Assembly: GCF_009914755.1 (NCBI RefSeq)
Contig: NC_060935.1
DNA from: the human T2T-CHM13v2.0 reference genome, Homo sapiens
Strand: one strand, 5' to 3'
Length of the DNA stretch: 64,000 bases
In this document: positions 29,426 to 44,069 of the stretch, in pieces
Layout of the letters: each line of letters begins with the position of its first letter
Position numbering within the stretch: position 1 is the first letter of the stretch
The notes under the pieces: generated by a model
Database searches by the model: none
The model's input: the letters and a program-made list of their open reading frames with translations, nothing else
Told to the model about the DNA's origin: nothing
Made by a program: the position numbers and the translations under genes

Positions 29426-29732
29426 AATATGCCACATAACAATGTTTCTGAACAATTGTCCCATAAGATTACAATACCATATTTTAGAGTACCTTGTCTA
29501 TGTTTAGACATGTTTAGATGCACAAATACCATTATATTATACTTCCCTACAATATTCGGTATAGTAACATGATGTACAGTTTTGTAGCCTAGGAGCTATA
29601 GAATATAATAGAGAGCCAAGGCTGTATCACACAGGTTTGTGTAAGTACACTCTATGATATTTGCACAATAATAAAATCATCTAACAACACATTTATGAGA
29701 CTCTATCCTCATTGTTAAGTGGCACCTGACTA
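29426..29732 (+). mobile_element. Tigger3a/MER7A-like non-autonomous DNA transposon
   Basis: atgccacataacaatgtttc...cccataagatt...gtagcctaggagc...gttaagtggcacctgact; degenerate TIRs. Confidence 0.8.
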
Positions 29733-31044
29733 TATTTTTATTTATGGTATGCAAAATACATCAAGTAATTTTGGAAACAATGCATGTAGCTATTGTCACA
29801 TGTTAAGAGATAGACTATAAATTCAAACACAATTCTCCGAGTCCAAAGGACATTCTTTTCTATTAAAACTATATGTTGAGAGCCATTGTAGAAATAAAAA
29901 TTCAATGACATGTGAAAAGGGTAGTAGCACGGGGATGGGAAAGTAGTCTCAAGGTAAAGAGACCATGAACAACTCTGATATTTTGAGTCAAGTGAAAGCA
30001 GTGAGGGTTTGAACTACTGGGGTAGGGGAGGAGGGTGCCTGCACTCAGCCGGGGAATCCAAGAGGTTATTTAGAAAAAAACCACAGGTTTTGAGGACGTA
30101 TCAGATTTGAAAGGGAAATAAGACATTGATTATCATTGCTGCCTGGCAGACACCTAAAAATAAGTATTACTGACCAAGTGACTGAATGACTCACTATGAC
30201 CAAGTTATGCATACTGGATTTGAAGAGATAATGAATCATACAGAGGTACATTTTTGGCTTGTGACTACATCTCTATGGAGATACAAACATGAAAAAAATT
30301 GAGACCACCAATGCTTCCAATTGGTCAAGTCTTAAACCCACTTCTTAGTCTGTACGTGCTTTACCATTTTACTAGCCATAGGAATTTGCCTTCCTCCTTT
30401 TATTCCTTGTGGAAAACTCCACCCACCCACAACTCATTTGGCTTTCTCAAGGTTGAGTTAAACATTGAGTTTTATCATTGCCTTATCCCTTTGCTTAATA
30501 TAAACACCTGCACTCTTAAATTAATAATTTTATGATTATTTGCCATTTATTTATTTGATAAATGTTGCCTATGTCCCTAGTGTGTGCTAGGTATTATACT
30601 TGATGTTGTTTAGAAATTAATAGGAGTGAACAAAGTAAAAACCCAGAACCCTGCAGAGTCATCAAAGAGGTAATTTTCCTGCCTTGCTATGATGTATAAA
30701 TAAACTACCATGATAAATAAATCTGAAAAACCATTCAGATTTGCCAATCATTACATTGTCTTCATTAAAAGTTTTATAATCACTTTAGAGCAATCATAAG
30801 GAATTACAAAAGTTCTTGTTTCTAGAAGTCAAAAAATATTTATTATTTCCTAGACTCAGAACTTACTTTGCTATAACTGAAGTGATTGAGTAGACTTCTG
30901 CCTCAAATCACAAAGAAAGCAAAACTCAAGTTTTCGTTAATAAATTTTAGTCTGTCCTTTCTCTTGGGTGTCTGAACACAGGTTCAGTCTTTGACCTAAC
31001 ACACACTAGGAACTTGTCCCTACCTCCAAGAGCTCAGGCACCTA

Positions 31045-31979
31045 TCACTGGGACCCCTTGGGAAAGAGCAAAAGGATTCTGTTCTGGATTTGCTTGGTCT
31101 TTATTCTGTAGACAATAGAGTTGAGAGCAGGTGGAATGATTACATAAAGGTTGGCAAACATAATATGAAAGGTATGAGGGACATTATGCCCAAAGCAATG
31201 GGCAAGAATGGAGAAGAATGCTGGTATATAGAATATGAGGATAACACAGACATGGGAACCACAGGAGCAAAGGGCCTTCTGACGGGCATCTTGGGAGGGG
31301 AGGCAAAAGACACCACAGAGGATGAGGGTGTAGGAGACAGCAATGAGGATCACGTCTGTCATCACCGTCATGATGGGAACACAAAATCCACACCAGATAT
31401 TGATGGAGATATCAGCACAGGCAAGCTGGGCAACACCTATGTGCTCACAGTATGTGTGAGAAATGATATGTGTCCTGCAGAAGGGTAAACGATTCACAAG
31501 GAAAACACATGGGACAAAAACACAGAAACTTCGGAAACATATTCCCACAGCAATTTTGACAATGGTTTTGGGAGTCAGAATAGTAGTGTATCTCAAGGGT
31601 GAGCAAATGGCCATATAGCGGTCAAATGCCATGGCCAGCAGTATAGCTGAGTCCAACACAAAGCTATAGTGCAGAAAGAATAATTGGGTGAGACAGCCAG
31701 GGAAACTGTTTGGGGACCAAACCAGAAGATGCGAAGTGTTTTGGGGACACATGTGGTGGACAATATGAGATCAGTAATGGCCAGCATGGAAAGGAAAAAG
31801 AACATGGGTGCATGAAGACTGTGCTCTACCACAATGAGGTAGAGAAGGATACTATTGGCCACGACAGCCATGAGATAGATTAAGCAGAATGGGATGCTGA
31901 TCCAGACGTGGTACTGCTCAAGTCCAGGGATACCCAAAAGGATGAACAGGCCTGTACCATGGTCACTCATGTTGTACAT
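31045..31979 (-). pseudogene. OR52H2P: OR52H-subfamily pseudogene with a single frameshift
   Basis: MYNMSDHGTGLFILLGIPG...FWFGPQ, frameshift near 31708, then SFPGCLTQ...FPKGSQ*. Close paralog of OR52H1. Confidence 0.92.
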
Positions 31980-34740
31980 GGCCTTTAAGATCAATAGCTT
32001 CTGTGTCCTAAAAACAAATTGCTTATAATGAACATGAGGAAATTGTATGGTAATTCTTCCTCCACTGCTTCCTAGGGGCTGGTCCGCCTCTTTCCTATAT
32101 TCCAAGAAAAAACCTCTCATTGATATTAACAGCAATGTTCATCACTTGAAGAAAGACTCTCAGACCCAATACTTCTGATACTAATCATCCAGTTACTCTA
32201 GAATCTTCTTCAAACTGCATAAACTGCTGTTCCCATTTTAATGACTGAGTTCTCCCTGGGTCAATGTAAGTTGCTGCTATATAAATATGAGTATAGAGAA
32301 AAGTAGTCTAACTACATGCAGGGATAGAAAGAAACTGAAAAATACTGGGTCACAGTTGGGAAAATGAGATAATTAACAATTACTGACTCCTAGTACATGC
32401 CAGTTTCTTGAAAAATATTATCTTATTTAGAAAAACCTTCTGAGATACGTATTTTTATCCACCTCATTTTTTTTTTTTTTTACAGAAACTGAAACTGAGA
32501 CATAATCTTACCTAACATCTCACCTTTAGTAACTAGCAGAGCCAAGGTCATTAGATTCCACAGCCACTACTCTTTCATGTTGCTGTTACACCAGGTAACT
32601 GCTTCAACTCACTGTGAGATGCCAAGAATTCAGAAGAGGCGTGGACGTGTAGCAAAGGATGTAAAGAAACGGATCACTGGAACTGTAATTTGTCCCAACA
32701 CTGACCCTACCCCAATTTCAACGACTGTTCTGATATCTCAGACACTACATAGAGAGACTTAAGGCTTGTAGACCAGAATGTTCTCTGAGATTGTGATGTT
32801 TGATGCCTCCTATATGAATGAAATGAGAAAGGGTATGAGGCTCAATCTCAGTCCACCCTTAGGAATTAATGAGGAAATCTTGTTTAAGAATCAGAGAAAA
32901 TTGGTTTGTGTGCTTTTTACAAATACAGAGAGGACCTCTAGTGGAAGAAAAATACAATTTATATATTCTAAATCCTAGGTCAAGCTAAAAGCAAATAAAC
33001 TTTATAACAGAAGCTAATATTTTTTGAAAACCTTTAATATACTACATGAGACCACTTTTGTAATTTTCTTAACAATTCTATGAGACAGGTAATAATATTA
33101 TCCACATTTTAAGGATGCAGAGAAAAGTGATTTGTCAAAAGTCACACAAGAAGGAAATGGTAGTGCTGGGAATCAGACCCACGAGTCTTTTCCTAGACTC
33201 CTCTATATATAACCAAAATTATCTACAGAGTCTGTATGGCAAATAACATGTATAATATCTGCATAGCAAAAGATACAAAATTAACCAATATATAGAAAAC
33301 TAAAAATATAAAACAAGTTAACAACATAAAACCAAATACATCATTTATGCTTATAAATGTAGATTGCTGGAATTCCTCTATCAAAAAGCACAAAGATAAA
33401 TAAAGTTTAAAAATTCAATTATATGTCACTTATATGAGTAAGATCTAAAACAAAATGATGCATAAAGGATAAACAAGTGTGAATAAACAAGGATAAAAAG
33501 GATAGACAAGTGTGTTTCTGACAAATTTAAATGTGATGGAAGCAAGTCTAGCAAAATGGAAAGCATAAAAAGTAAAATTTAACTTAGAAAGCATTAAACA
33601 GGACAAAAGGTAGTTTGCACAGTTAAAAGGAACAAATGTTTATTAATACTACAAATAATTTGCCAGGCCCAGGAAACCAGACATGATGCTAAACCTTAGG
33701 TATTCAGAAACACATATCAGTCTATTCTTAAGAGAACATTACCTGCTAAAGTCAACAGATTTGTAAAAGAAAATTTCAATGCAGAATGAAAGTCATAGGG
33801 AATTCAAAGATGCCTGTGGAAACTGAGTGGAGAGGTATTATCAAAACCTGTAGCATCAGAGAAGATCTTGAGAAATAGGTGAAACAATGTGAGTCTTGAG
33901 GATGATGCAGATTACTCAAGAAGACAGAGAAAAAACATTTCAGGCAGAGAAAGCAACACATACAAAGGCTTAGAGGCATGAAGTTATGATATATTTTGGT
34001 AAATTTACATCATCTAGGTATATTTAGCGGAGTGCTGGGAAATGGGTAGCAGCCAATCAGTCAATAAAGATGTAAGCATGTAATAGGTACTGGAAAGATA
34101 GTGTGTATAAAACAGATGCAATGCCTCTCGTGGTGGAGATAATTTATTGAGGAAGACAGACACTATTCAAATAAGCAGTAGGTTATATGTATAAGAATAA
34201 TTATTACCTGCGATGTATGTTATGGAAATATATAGGTTATCATGAGAATCAATAACAAAGACGATTGGACCTGCAGGAGATAGGAAAGGATTCTTGGAGG
34301 AAGATATTGTAAAATGAGGTTGATTTTAACAAAAATATAATAAAATAAATAATACTGAATTCTACCTGTAAGTCAATTGAATTTAGCCCTTCCTCCCTCC
34401 CAGAGAGGTAGGTCCCCCTTATTGTTTCCATATTACAGACAAGAAAAAAGATGATACACAGAAAGTATATCCAAATTTGTTCAGCTGTTAAGTGGAAAAG
34501 CCAAATTTCTAACAGGTAGTTTGACCTCAGATCTTTTCTTCGACTCCACTTTACACTATATTATTTTCAGTAGGCTAAAACAGAAAGGAAAGCATTTAGA
34601 AAGAAAAGTGTGTGTAAAGTCCTTCAGGTAAGAAGGAGCTAGATGTGGAAATAAGCTCCTTGAAAGCAGCAGGTACTTGGTGGTGGTGGTGGTGGTGGTT
34701 GTTATGTGTGTTTTAATATATGTGGCTCATATGCTAAAAA

Positions 34741-34886
34741 TGAAAAGAAAAAGAGAAAGAGAAAGAAAGAAAGAGAGAGAGAGAAAGAAAGAAAGAGAAA
34801 GGGAGAGAGAGAGAAGGGAGAGAGAAGAAGGAAGGAAGGAAGGAAGGAAGGAAGGAAGGAAGGAAGGAAGGAAGGAAGGAAGGAAG
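34741..34886. repeat. Polypurine (GA)n/(GGAA)n tract
   Basis: About 145 bp of nearly pure A/G ending in a GGAA array. Confidence 0.95.
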
Positions 34887-36078
34887 TCTAATGAAAACAT
34901 CAAAATTATGAAAAATAGCAAACATTTTTAGCAGGCACCTAGCCTCTTCAAGAGACATTCATCTGGAAAGGTGGCATTCATCTGGATGCATTGGTTATGC
35001 CATAAACCCTAAGTATAACCAGCATAAAAGGATGCACCCTGTCCCAGTTTGCTATTCTTATATTTATGCATTTGTCCAACCACCATTTGTTGAGGCAGTC
35101 TACAGGACAGTATAGACGGTTACGAGGAAAGAGCTGGAGGCCAGACACTCCTGGCTGCCATACACCAACTCCATCAGTTCTCTTTAGATGAAATTGGGAA
35201 ATTTATTTAACCACTCCAAGATTCTGTTTCCTCATGTGTGTATGAAGATCTAAGCTACCTCACAGGGTTTGAGGATTGATTGCAATGTTATAAGCAATGC
35301 ACTTTGTACATTGTTTAGTACATTACATAGTGATCTTTTTTTAAGTTTTAATTTAATTTTGTATTTTATTCTACTGTGTAACAAGCACTGTGGATGCAGA
35401 TATGACTAAGACTTTTTTTTTTAACTGTCCTCAAGGAGATCACGGATTAGTAGGGAAATACACACAGAAGGAGGCAATTCCACTGCAGAGTGACAAATAA
35501 TATGTAACCTCAAAAAGCACAAGGATCTGTGTGGGCACAGAGAAGATACTATGCAATTAGGAAAGAGGGCAGGATGGTCAAGAATCTTATATTGGAGCTG
35601 TGTTTTGAAGGAAAAAGAGAAATTCTCAAGGCAAATGACAGGAATAGGGATACGCTAGGCAGAGAAGACATTATTTCAAATGTGAAGGATTAAGTGAGAA
35701 TATTGTGAGATTTGGGGAATTGTATGCACCCCGATATGGACAGCACCCTAGATATGCTGAGACTGAGAGAAAAGAAGAGGAAGGTCAGATGAGTTTGGAG
35801 AAGTAAACAAGAACTTGTACTTTCTGATTCAGAACTTGAATCTTATCCTGAAGACTAAGGGAGGGAGGGGGCTGATAGAGGATTTTACTTGGGAGTGTGA
35901 CAGAATGAAATTGACATATTGAAAACTGCATTCTGGCTGCTGTGTAGACTTGCTGTTGGAATGAAGTAAGATGCAATTGAAATGAAGTTTTAGAAACAGA
36001 ATGAGTTTGAGAATTTCCCTGTAGTCCAGGGAGAAATGATGATACATGCTAAAAGGGATGAATTAAATAATGCTTCCT

Positions 36079-36200
36079 CCAGGGCTGGAATTGGGGGAAA
36101 TGCCTAGAGTGCAACATTTAAGGAACAAAGGACTCACTCTCAGGGTTTTAAGTGCTTCCTTTAATGTTGCATCCTAGGCACCTCTATGGGGCTCACTGCT
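36079..36200. mobile_element. MER96-like palindromic hAT MITE
   Basis: gcctagagtgcaacatttaagga ... tcctttaatgttgcatcctaggc inverted repeat. Confidence 0.65.
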
Positions 36201-37861
36201 CAGTACACAGACACTCAAGGTGTTATTGCCAGTTAAACAGAAAAGAAGTTTACTGTTTTCTTCTTTGCTCACTTGTCCCTGTGTGCTGTTTAGCTGGAGA
36301 CAGGGGCAGGAAACAAGTCCCAGAGGTCACTCCACTGGGACTTTCTTAGGAGCCATAAATGCTCTCAGGCTCATCGTGTCTGCAGCGCAGTGGGAGTCTC
36401 CCATCTGTGGTTGAAGGAATGGATGGAAGTGTGTGAGCTAGATTGCACAGATAGCAAGCAGAACATTTCTGGTGAACTTGGACACACAGACACGTGGAAG
36501 TTACTGTAACCACCTAGATTGCAAGAAACCTTTCCTTTGTGGGCTAGCCAAGTGGGCAGGAGTAAAGTAAGTAATTTTATTTCAGAGTGTAATTTTTGGC
36601 TACCTTTACCCAGGATTTCAAGTCTCTGAATCTGAATTTCCCCACAGGTCCCCTGCAACATTTCTCCAACTTTCAGCCTTCTTGTGCCCTTTCCCAGGAA
36701 TAATGCCCACCTCTGTACCTTGCTCTCTGAATCTTCCCCAGTGACATTTTGCAGCTATAATTATCTAATTCACCGAACCATGCATGATGAAAATGCCAGC
36801 ATCCAGGGGCTCCTGAATGACACAGGCTTTTAATAGGGTCTATTCAAGAGGGGCTCTAGTCTTCTAACTCGAGGTAGGACTCCAGATCAGAGATGCTCCC
36901 AAGTAAGTGGTCTGGGGAATCAGTGCTCTTGATAGAGAAGACAGGGACCCTATGGGTACTTCTCAAATCTTATCCTCTGTGGGTAGCTAGATGTTGATCT
37001 AGACTTCTTGGTTGCTTTGTCTATGAAGTCTGAGCTCACACACATAACTTCTTCCATTTTAAAAGCTTGAGACATCACATCAGAGATATTATTTGCCAAG
37101 TTGATCTTCGTGAATAGGAAAAATGCCTTGGCTCTTTAAGAAATATTAGGGAAATGTTTTAATACGGAATAAAGGACAATCACATATTGCTGTGCACACA
37201 TTTCTATTCTTTGGTAAACGTAACTCCGTAATTGCTGCTATGCCAATTTATGGCACCAACCAATATTTCAAGTGATAGTAATCAATAGCAGACTGCCCAG
37301 CTTATTTTTAAAAATCAAAGGACAACTCCAGGTGATTCATGAGCCTGGAACTGGTCCAACAGAAAAAACCAGATTCTTAGTTATTCATTAGAAGATACTG
37401 AGTAAACTCCTCTAGAAGTTGGGGATATTAATTAAAGTGGTTCTAATGAAAGTCTAAAATTTTCATCACTCCCTTTAATAACAAAATGAATTCCATCAAA
37501 TTACTGTCATATATTTGGTAATAGTAAAATAGTAAAATAATAAATTTCTATTAGAAAAATAGAAACTATCAGATAGTAAAAAAAAAGTAATATCACCTGT
37601 TAGTTTACTACCCAGATATAACAATAGCTAATATTTCCATGTTTTCTCTACCAGACATCCTATCTATGCATGTATGTGTATATACATTATTGCCATTGTT
37701 CAACACATACAGGTGATACTGTGGAAAAGTGTTTAGCTTATTTTTTAATTTAGCAATAAATGGTAAATATTAGATGATATTTATTTTACATAAAAATAAA
37801 CTACCTTTGTATATAAGTCAATCTCTCCTGATACAGGATAATCTGTTAATGAGAAAATTAG

Positions 37862-38579
37862 TTTTCTTTTTTTCTAACTTCTATTTTACGTTCAAGGATA
37901 CAAGTGCAGGTTTGTTACAGAGGTAAACTTGTGTCATGTGGGTTTGTTGTACAGATTATTTCCTCAACCAGATATTAAGCCTAGTACCGATTAGCTATTA
38001 TTTTTCCCTCTCTCCACCCTCTGGTAGACCCAGTGTGTGTTGTTCCTCTCTATGTTCTTATCGTTTACCTCCCAATTATAAGTGAGAATATGTAATAACA
38101 GTATTTGGAGTTTTGTTCCTGTGTTAGTTTGCTAAGGATAATAGCCTCCAGTTCTATCCATGTCCCTGCAAAACATGATCTCATTCTTTATTATGGCTGC
38201 ATAGCATTCCATGGTGTATATTTTCTTTATCCAGTCTATTATTGAAGGACATTTAGGTTGATTTCATGGCTTTGCTATTGTGAATAGTGATGCAATAAAC
38301 ATACACATGCATGTGTCCCTATAATAGAACAATTTTTATTCCTTTGATATATACCCAGTGATGGCATTGCTGAGTCAAATGGTATTTCTGTCTTTTTAGG
38401 CCTTTGAGGAATCGCCACTGACTGAACTAATTTACACTCCCACCAACAGGGTGTAAGTGTTCCTTTTTCTCCACAACCTTGCCAGCATCTGTTATTTCTT
38501 GACTTTTTAATAAAAGCCATTCTGACTGGTGTTAGATGGTGTCTTACTGTGGTTTTGATTTGCATTTCGCTAATGATCA
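37862..38579 (-). mobile_element. 5'-truncated L1PA 3' end
   Basis: Minus [21 protein letters not shown] (ORF2 C-terminus) plus 3' UTR. Confidence 0.92.
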
Positions 38580-38789
38580 ATAATTTTCTTTTTAATGAAC
38601 ATAATTAGCTATTTAAAATAATGGCTGGGTTGGGGATTTATTTTTCTTCTTTAGAGAGTATTTCATTATATGGCCCCTTTTCAGGGATAAAACCCATTTA
38701 GCATGGGTGTGGTTGCACAAAAATTACTGGGAGGGAAGATTTGAAGAAAGTCAATCACACTATGCTCCTTAAAGAAAAAAAAAAAAATT

Positions 38790-39066
38790 GCCAGGCGCGG
38801 TGGCTCACGCCTGTAATCCCAGCACTTTGGGAGGCCGAGGCGGGCAGATCATGAGGTCAGGAGATCGAGACCATCCTAGCTAACACGGTGAAACCCCGTC
38901 TCTACTAACTATACAAAAAATTAGCCGGGCATAGTGTCAGGCGCCTGTAGTCCCAGTTACTCAGGAGGCTGAGGCAGGAGAATGGCGTGAACCCGAGCGG
39001 CGGAGCTTGCAGCGAGCCACGAGAGCCTGGGCGACAGAGCGAGACTCCGTCTCAAAAAAAAAAAAA
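38790..39066 (+). mobile_element. AluY with a short right-arm deletion
   Basis: AluY diagnostics; gagccacgagagcctggg lacks about 20 bp; TSD aaaaaaattg. Confidence 0.93.
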
Positions 39067-40368
39067 TTGGTTTACACTTTTCATTCAAATTCAGTTCTGC
39101 AGATATAAAGAAAACCGGAAACCTAATTTACTTGTTTTGGGGAAGGCAATAAATATTTTAACCATAATTCTGCTAGCCTAAAAAAATAAACCCCAAAACA
39201 AAACAAAAACCACTTGAAGCCTGGATTTAATGCAGGGGCCTGGATGTGATTGTTAAGATCTTCTCCTACTACAGGAACATGAGTGTAATAAAGGTAAAAC
39301 AAACAAATTTGGTTCTGGCACACACACACACGAAACCTTTACATAATTAAAAACTAACAAAGAAATTATTAAATGTATTTTAAGTAAGAAGAGTTTAAAT
39401 AAGTGGTTGATATACATATCCAATTATACTGACAACTTATATTTTGATAATTGCTCAAGCTACTTACTTCTGACAGTGTTTCTTTAAAGTCATGAAGTTT
39501 AGATGTATTAACAAGTAAAACTGAAATACAAATAATAGTTTTTAAAAGTCTGGGTAGACTTTGGTTCAGAATCTCATCCTGCATTTCAGGAAAGATAATC
39601 ATCTTGTGCCACTGCTGCAGCTCCACCCATTCTCAAATAGCAGCATCCCCAAGTGTACTCGTAGTTCTTAATAATGTAATAAAATATTTCAAAAAAATTC
39701 ATTTTTAATTAATGGATACTCATTTATTATATAGAGAAACAGACAGACAGCTATATTGTAGAACTATGGTTTTCATACATTATAATTCTATGTGAAGGAT
39801 TTCTGTTTTGAAAGCTTTTACATTCATTTTTCCCTTTCCTGCCCATGTTGATTTTTCTGTACATATTATAGATGATCAATAAATGCTTAATCAATTAATA
39901 GTTGGTTAGGTAAATGTGTGTGCTAGATAACAGAATTGTTTAATTCAATAAGAAAAAACCTTTTGGTTTCTATTTTTTCCTGATATTCTTTATAAAAATT
40001 GATAATTTTCTCTCTTAAAATGTTTAGTTGCAGACTACAATTATTATTAAAGATTTTACAGTTTTGGATGGTCATAATTTTAATTTTATGTCAATTTTAT
40101 GAGAAAATAGTACTGGCTTCAGGATTTTCTTTTGAAGCATCTGTTTAAAATTATGTGATCTTATTTTAAATTTTTAGAATATTTCTCTTCAAGGCTGAAT
40201 ACTACACATATTTAGGTCAGTAGTTAACAAAACTGAGTAGGTAAGACTTGTTAACCTGAGCTCATTGAGGGTTAATAAATATATGCTAATTGATTATGAC
40301 CAATTGACTCTCTACTTTCTTTCACATTAGACAGAAAAGTGGTGAAAGTTCCTTACCATAATTCTGGC

Positions 40369-41319
40369 ATGTCAGCTCCCAACCACTCCACTGCCAATCA
40401 TGATATGTTTGTCCTCATTGGCGTTCCTGGCCTGAAGGAGCTGCACGTGTGGATCTCCATCCCCTTCTGTCTGATGTACCTGGTGGCTGTGTCAGGAAAT
40501 GGTCTCCTTGTCTGTGTGGTGGCAGTGGAGCACAGTCTTCATGAACCTATGTACCTTTTCCTCTCCATGCTGGCATTTTGGGATCTGATTCTATCCACAT
40601 CTGCAGTACCCAAAGCCTTGAGCATTTTCTGGTTTGATGATGTGGACATCTCCTTTGGTGGCTGTGTCACTCAGCTCTTTTTTATGCATTTTGCCTTTGT
40701 AGCGGAGTCAGGCATTCTCTTGACCATGGCTTTCGACCGCTATGTGGCCATCTGCTACCCATTGAGGTATAGCACCATCCTTAGCCACAGTGTTATTGGC
40801 AAAATTGGGGGTGTCGTGGTGTTCAGGAGTTTTGCAACTGTCTTCTCCATCGTCTTCCTTGTGAAGCGTCTGCCCTTCTGCCGGACAAACATCATTGCCC
40901 ACACCTTCTGTGAACACATGGGGCTGGCAAAGCTAGGTTGTTCTGAAATCACCATCAATATTTGGTATGGAATCTCTGTACCACTACTCAGTGTTACGTT
41001 AGATATGGTGACAATAGTCATCTCCTAGGGGCTCATAGTTCAAGCAGTCTTCAGGCTGCCCTCCCTTGGTGCTTGGATGAAAGCACTCAGCACCTGTGGT
41101 TCCCATGGCAGTGTCATCCTCATGTTCTGCCTTCCAGGAATTTTCACTGTCATTGTTCAGCGCTTTGCCTGAAAATTTCCCAAGTATGTCCACATCCTGC
41201 TGGCCAATCTCTATGTTCTTGTTCCCCCCTTGATGAACCCAATTATCTATGGAGTAAAGACTAAACAGATTCAGAAAGGGGTTGCCCTTGTGTTTTCTCC
41301 AAAAGGAAAATGTTGCTGA
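40369..41319 (+). pseudogene. OR52B5P: OR52B-subfamily pseudogene with two nonsense codons and no frameshift
   Basis: MSAPNHST...MAFDRYVAIC...VIS*(TAG 41026-41028)GLIVQAVF...QRFA*(TGA 41170-41172)KFPK...[12 protein letters not shown]...KCC*. Symbol is from recalled order. Confidence 0.9.
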
Positions 41320-42046
41320 GGGTGACTGGATCTTACTGTGGCTTTTTAAAGAAGAGGAGGAGCGTCCTATTAGATGATAAGAAACGTTTGCCATGTATTT
41401 TTTCATGAAATAGGGATGACGCAAATTATATAAGTCTCTTATTTCAAAGGGAAGTAGGTTCTCAAAGGTTTGTTATTCACAGAGATAAACATTATTATTT
41501 TAAATATCGATAGGTTTTTTTAGTATTTAATGACAACATAATATTTCTACTTCTACCAAACAAATGTAAAATCAATATATAACACTTCTCTAATATTTAA
41601 ATTTTAGATATCTCTGTGTCCTCCCGAACAGCTATTATAAATACAATTAGAAATAGTGAACCCCCAAATTGGATAAAAATAGGGAAAAGGTAGAGGCTTC
41701 CCCTGCTATCTAACTTTATTTGCAAACAAACGAGAATATCTGATAATACTAGATAGTGCCATTCACATATATGATATAATATTACAGTGTTATAAATATG
41801 TGATTTGGGAGAAAAAAGATCACATAATTAGATCAATCATTTTTGAGATATAAACTGCCCTGAGTGCTGGGTGTTCTAAGAGAGTTTCCTAAGCATTAAG
41901 CATCCCCTCTTCTTTAACTCCTTAACATCTTTCTCACAGGGTTGTTTAAAAATCCAATGAGAAAGTGAATATTAAAGTGCTTTAGAAGTTATAAAATTGT
42001 ATCACTTTTTTATAAATGTGCTGTGTCATTATTATTAGTGTGATTA

Positions 42047-42403
<357 letters not shown>

Positions 42404-43677
42404 TTAAATGTAAAACAGCAAAAACCTTATCCTTTGTCTACAGCCAAGTCCTCCTATCACCCTCCTTCTTTCTTTTCCCACCAGGGATCACTTAGCTATG
42501 GTGAAGTGTCCTCCTGTAGCTTTTCCCTATCAGTTGACTCTGAATGGAGGATGACAACACACTATTCGGCTGCTCTATCTGCACTGCTACTATACCAAGT
42601 GGTGTGACTGGCTGATGCCTCTTTGCACTTCCCATCCTCCAGAAACCCCTGTAAGGATTTTCAAAGAAATTTTACCTTGCTCCAGAACTATGGGACCTCC
42701 TTCTTCTCAGTTGTCTGTTCAGACTCTTGGCATCTTGTAGGGAGTAGAGGAATTACTTTTGTGTTTGTCCTGTGTTGGGGATGTTTGGATTAATTTTGCC
42801 AAAAACTTGGGATGCTTGGCTAACAGCAAGCCTCGGACATTGAATTTACAACTACACAGACATTGAGAGAACTCCAGAGGGATTTACCTAACTTCAGAAG
42901 TGTGGAGACATTTCGGGGTTGTGAAGCTTGTGAGAAAGGTCTTATTTTTTTCTGGAAAATTTATACCCTGGTAATATCTAAGGAAACATTCTGGGAAGGA
43001 GGGAGGTATGTGTGTGGGGGTGGGTCTAGGGAATAGTCTCTCTGGCTTTCGTGAGCAAAGAAAATATATATTTCTTCATTCTTTGCTTATGATGCGCATA
43101 TAGCATGCCATAGGACATTTGACCTGGCCTTCATTGCATTGTCTCAGGAGCAAGAATCAGCTGTGGGAGACCACACAGTTATTATTGTCTTTATAATTGA
43201 ATAATAACAGTGTATCTTGTCCAGAATAATTTGTGTGTTCCTTCAAGATGAAATTGATAAAATGAATCTTCAAAACACAATATAATTCAGTGCAAACTTC
43301 TAATGTAAATGATCTTCAACTTTCACATAATTCAACCCTGTATATTTTGAGTGACCATTGTCCCTATGCTAATTCCTGAATCTTCTTCCCACTCTCCTTT
43401 CTTCTTCACTCCCTATAGTAATACAAAGCTATATACTTAAAAAGTTATATCTAAATCACAATAAAATAATGTGTTATCAAACTACTCTCAAAAATACGAT
43501 CAAGTTTAGGAATATGAAAGGTCGTTGGGGTAAAACTAACCAAGGGGACATAAAAATCAGAGTTCAAAAGAAAAGAGCCAGTGAAGCGGTTGAAGCTCAA
43601 GTGCAGCCTTATAAGGCCTGCAGTCGTGGCCTGAGCCACACTCAGGCTTGTGAATTGGGCTTCAAGAGGACTATGGC

Positions 43678-43870
43678 CAGTGGTAAGCTGATGAATGCTT
43701 AACAGCCAATTCTTGGGGCTTGATTGTAGAGCAGCTGATTGAGAAAATGTAGATATTTCCACTATAGCTGACTTCAAGCTACCAATTTGATGTTGACCTG
43801 CTTGCAAAAGTCCTGAAAGTTAACATGTGGCTCTCATGAGCCAGTGGGAGCAGCCTCTAGCACATGACTC
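43678..43870. mobile_element. MER63-like hAT element
   Basis: cagtggtaagctg...agctgacttcaagctacc...gagcagcctctagcacatgact termini. Confidence 0.6.
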
Positions 43871-44069
43871 TTGTGACTCTAGTTAGACCTGACACACTGG
43901 GATTAGAATGATGTAACTCAAAAAGGATGTGATAATGAAGTCTCTGGGCTACAGAAATCCTGACTCATTCTGAGGTAGAATAGTGAGTAGGTAAGAACAA
44001 AAATTTTGGAATGAAATTGACTTATTTTCTATATATCATCATATATTTCTTGCATAATAATGAGCATAT

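Noticed and set aside
34677-34958. K/E/R-rich and F/L/P/S-rich ORFs
   Set aside because: They are translations of a microsatellite.
36100-36185. Hairpin as a possible ncRNA or miRNA
   Set aside because: It is explained by a palindromic MER96-like MITE.
36310-36580. Possible OR52B5P promoter or first exon (O/E-like tccactggga, cataaat, gtaagt donor)
   Set aside because: The motifs are short and imperfect; not supportable without transcript data.
42500-43220. Possible old LTR or regulatory block
   Set aside because: Composition is suggestive, but I could not identify termini, a TSD or a family.
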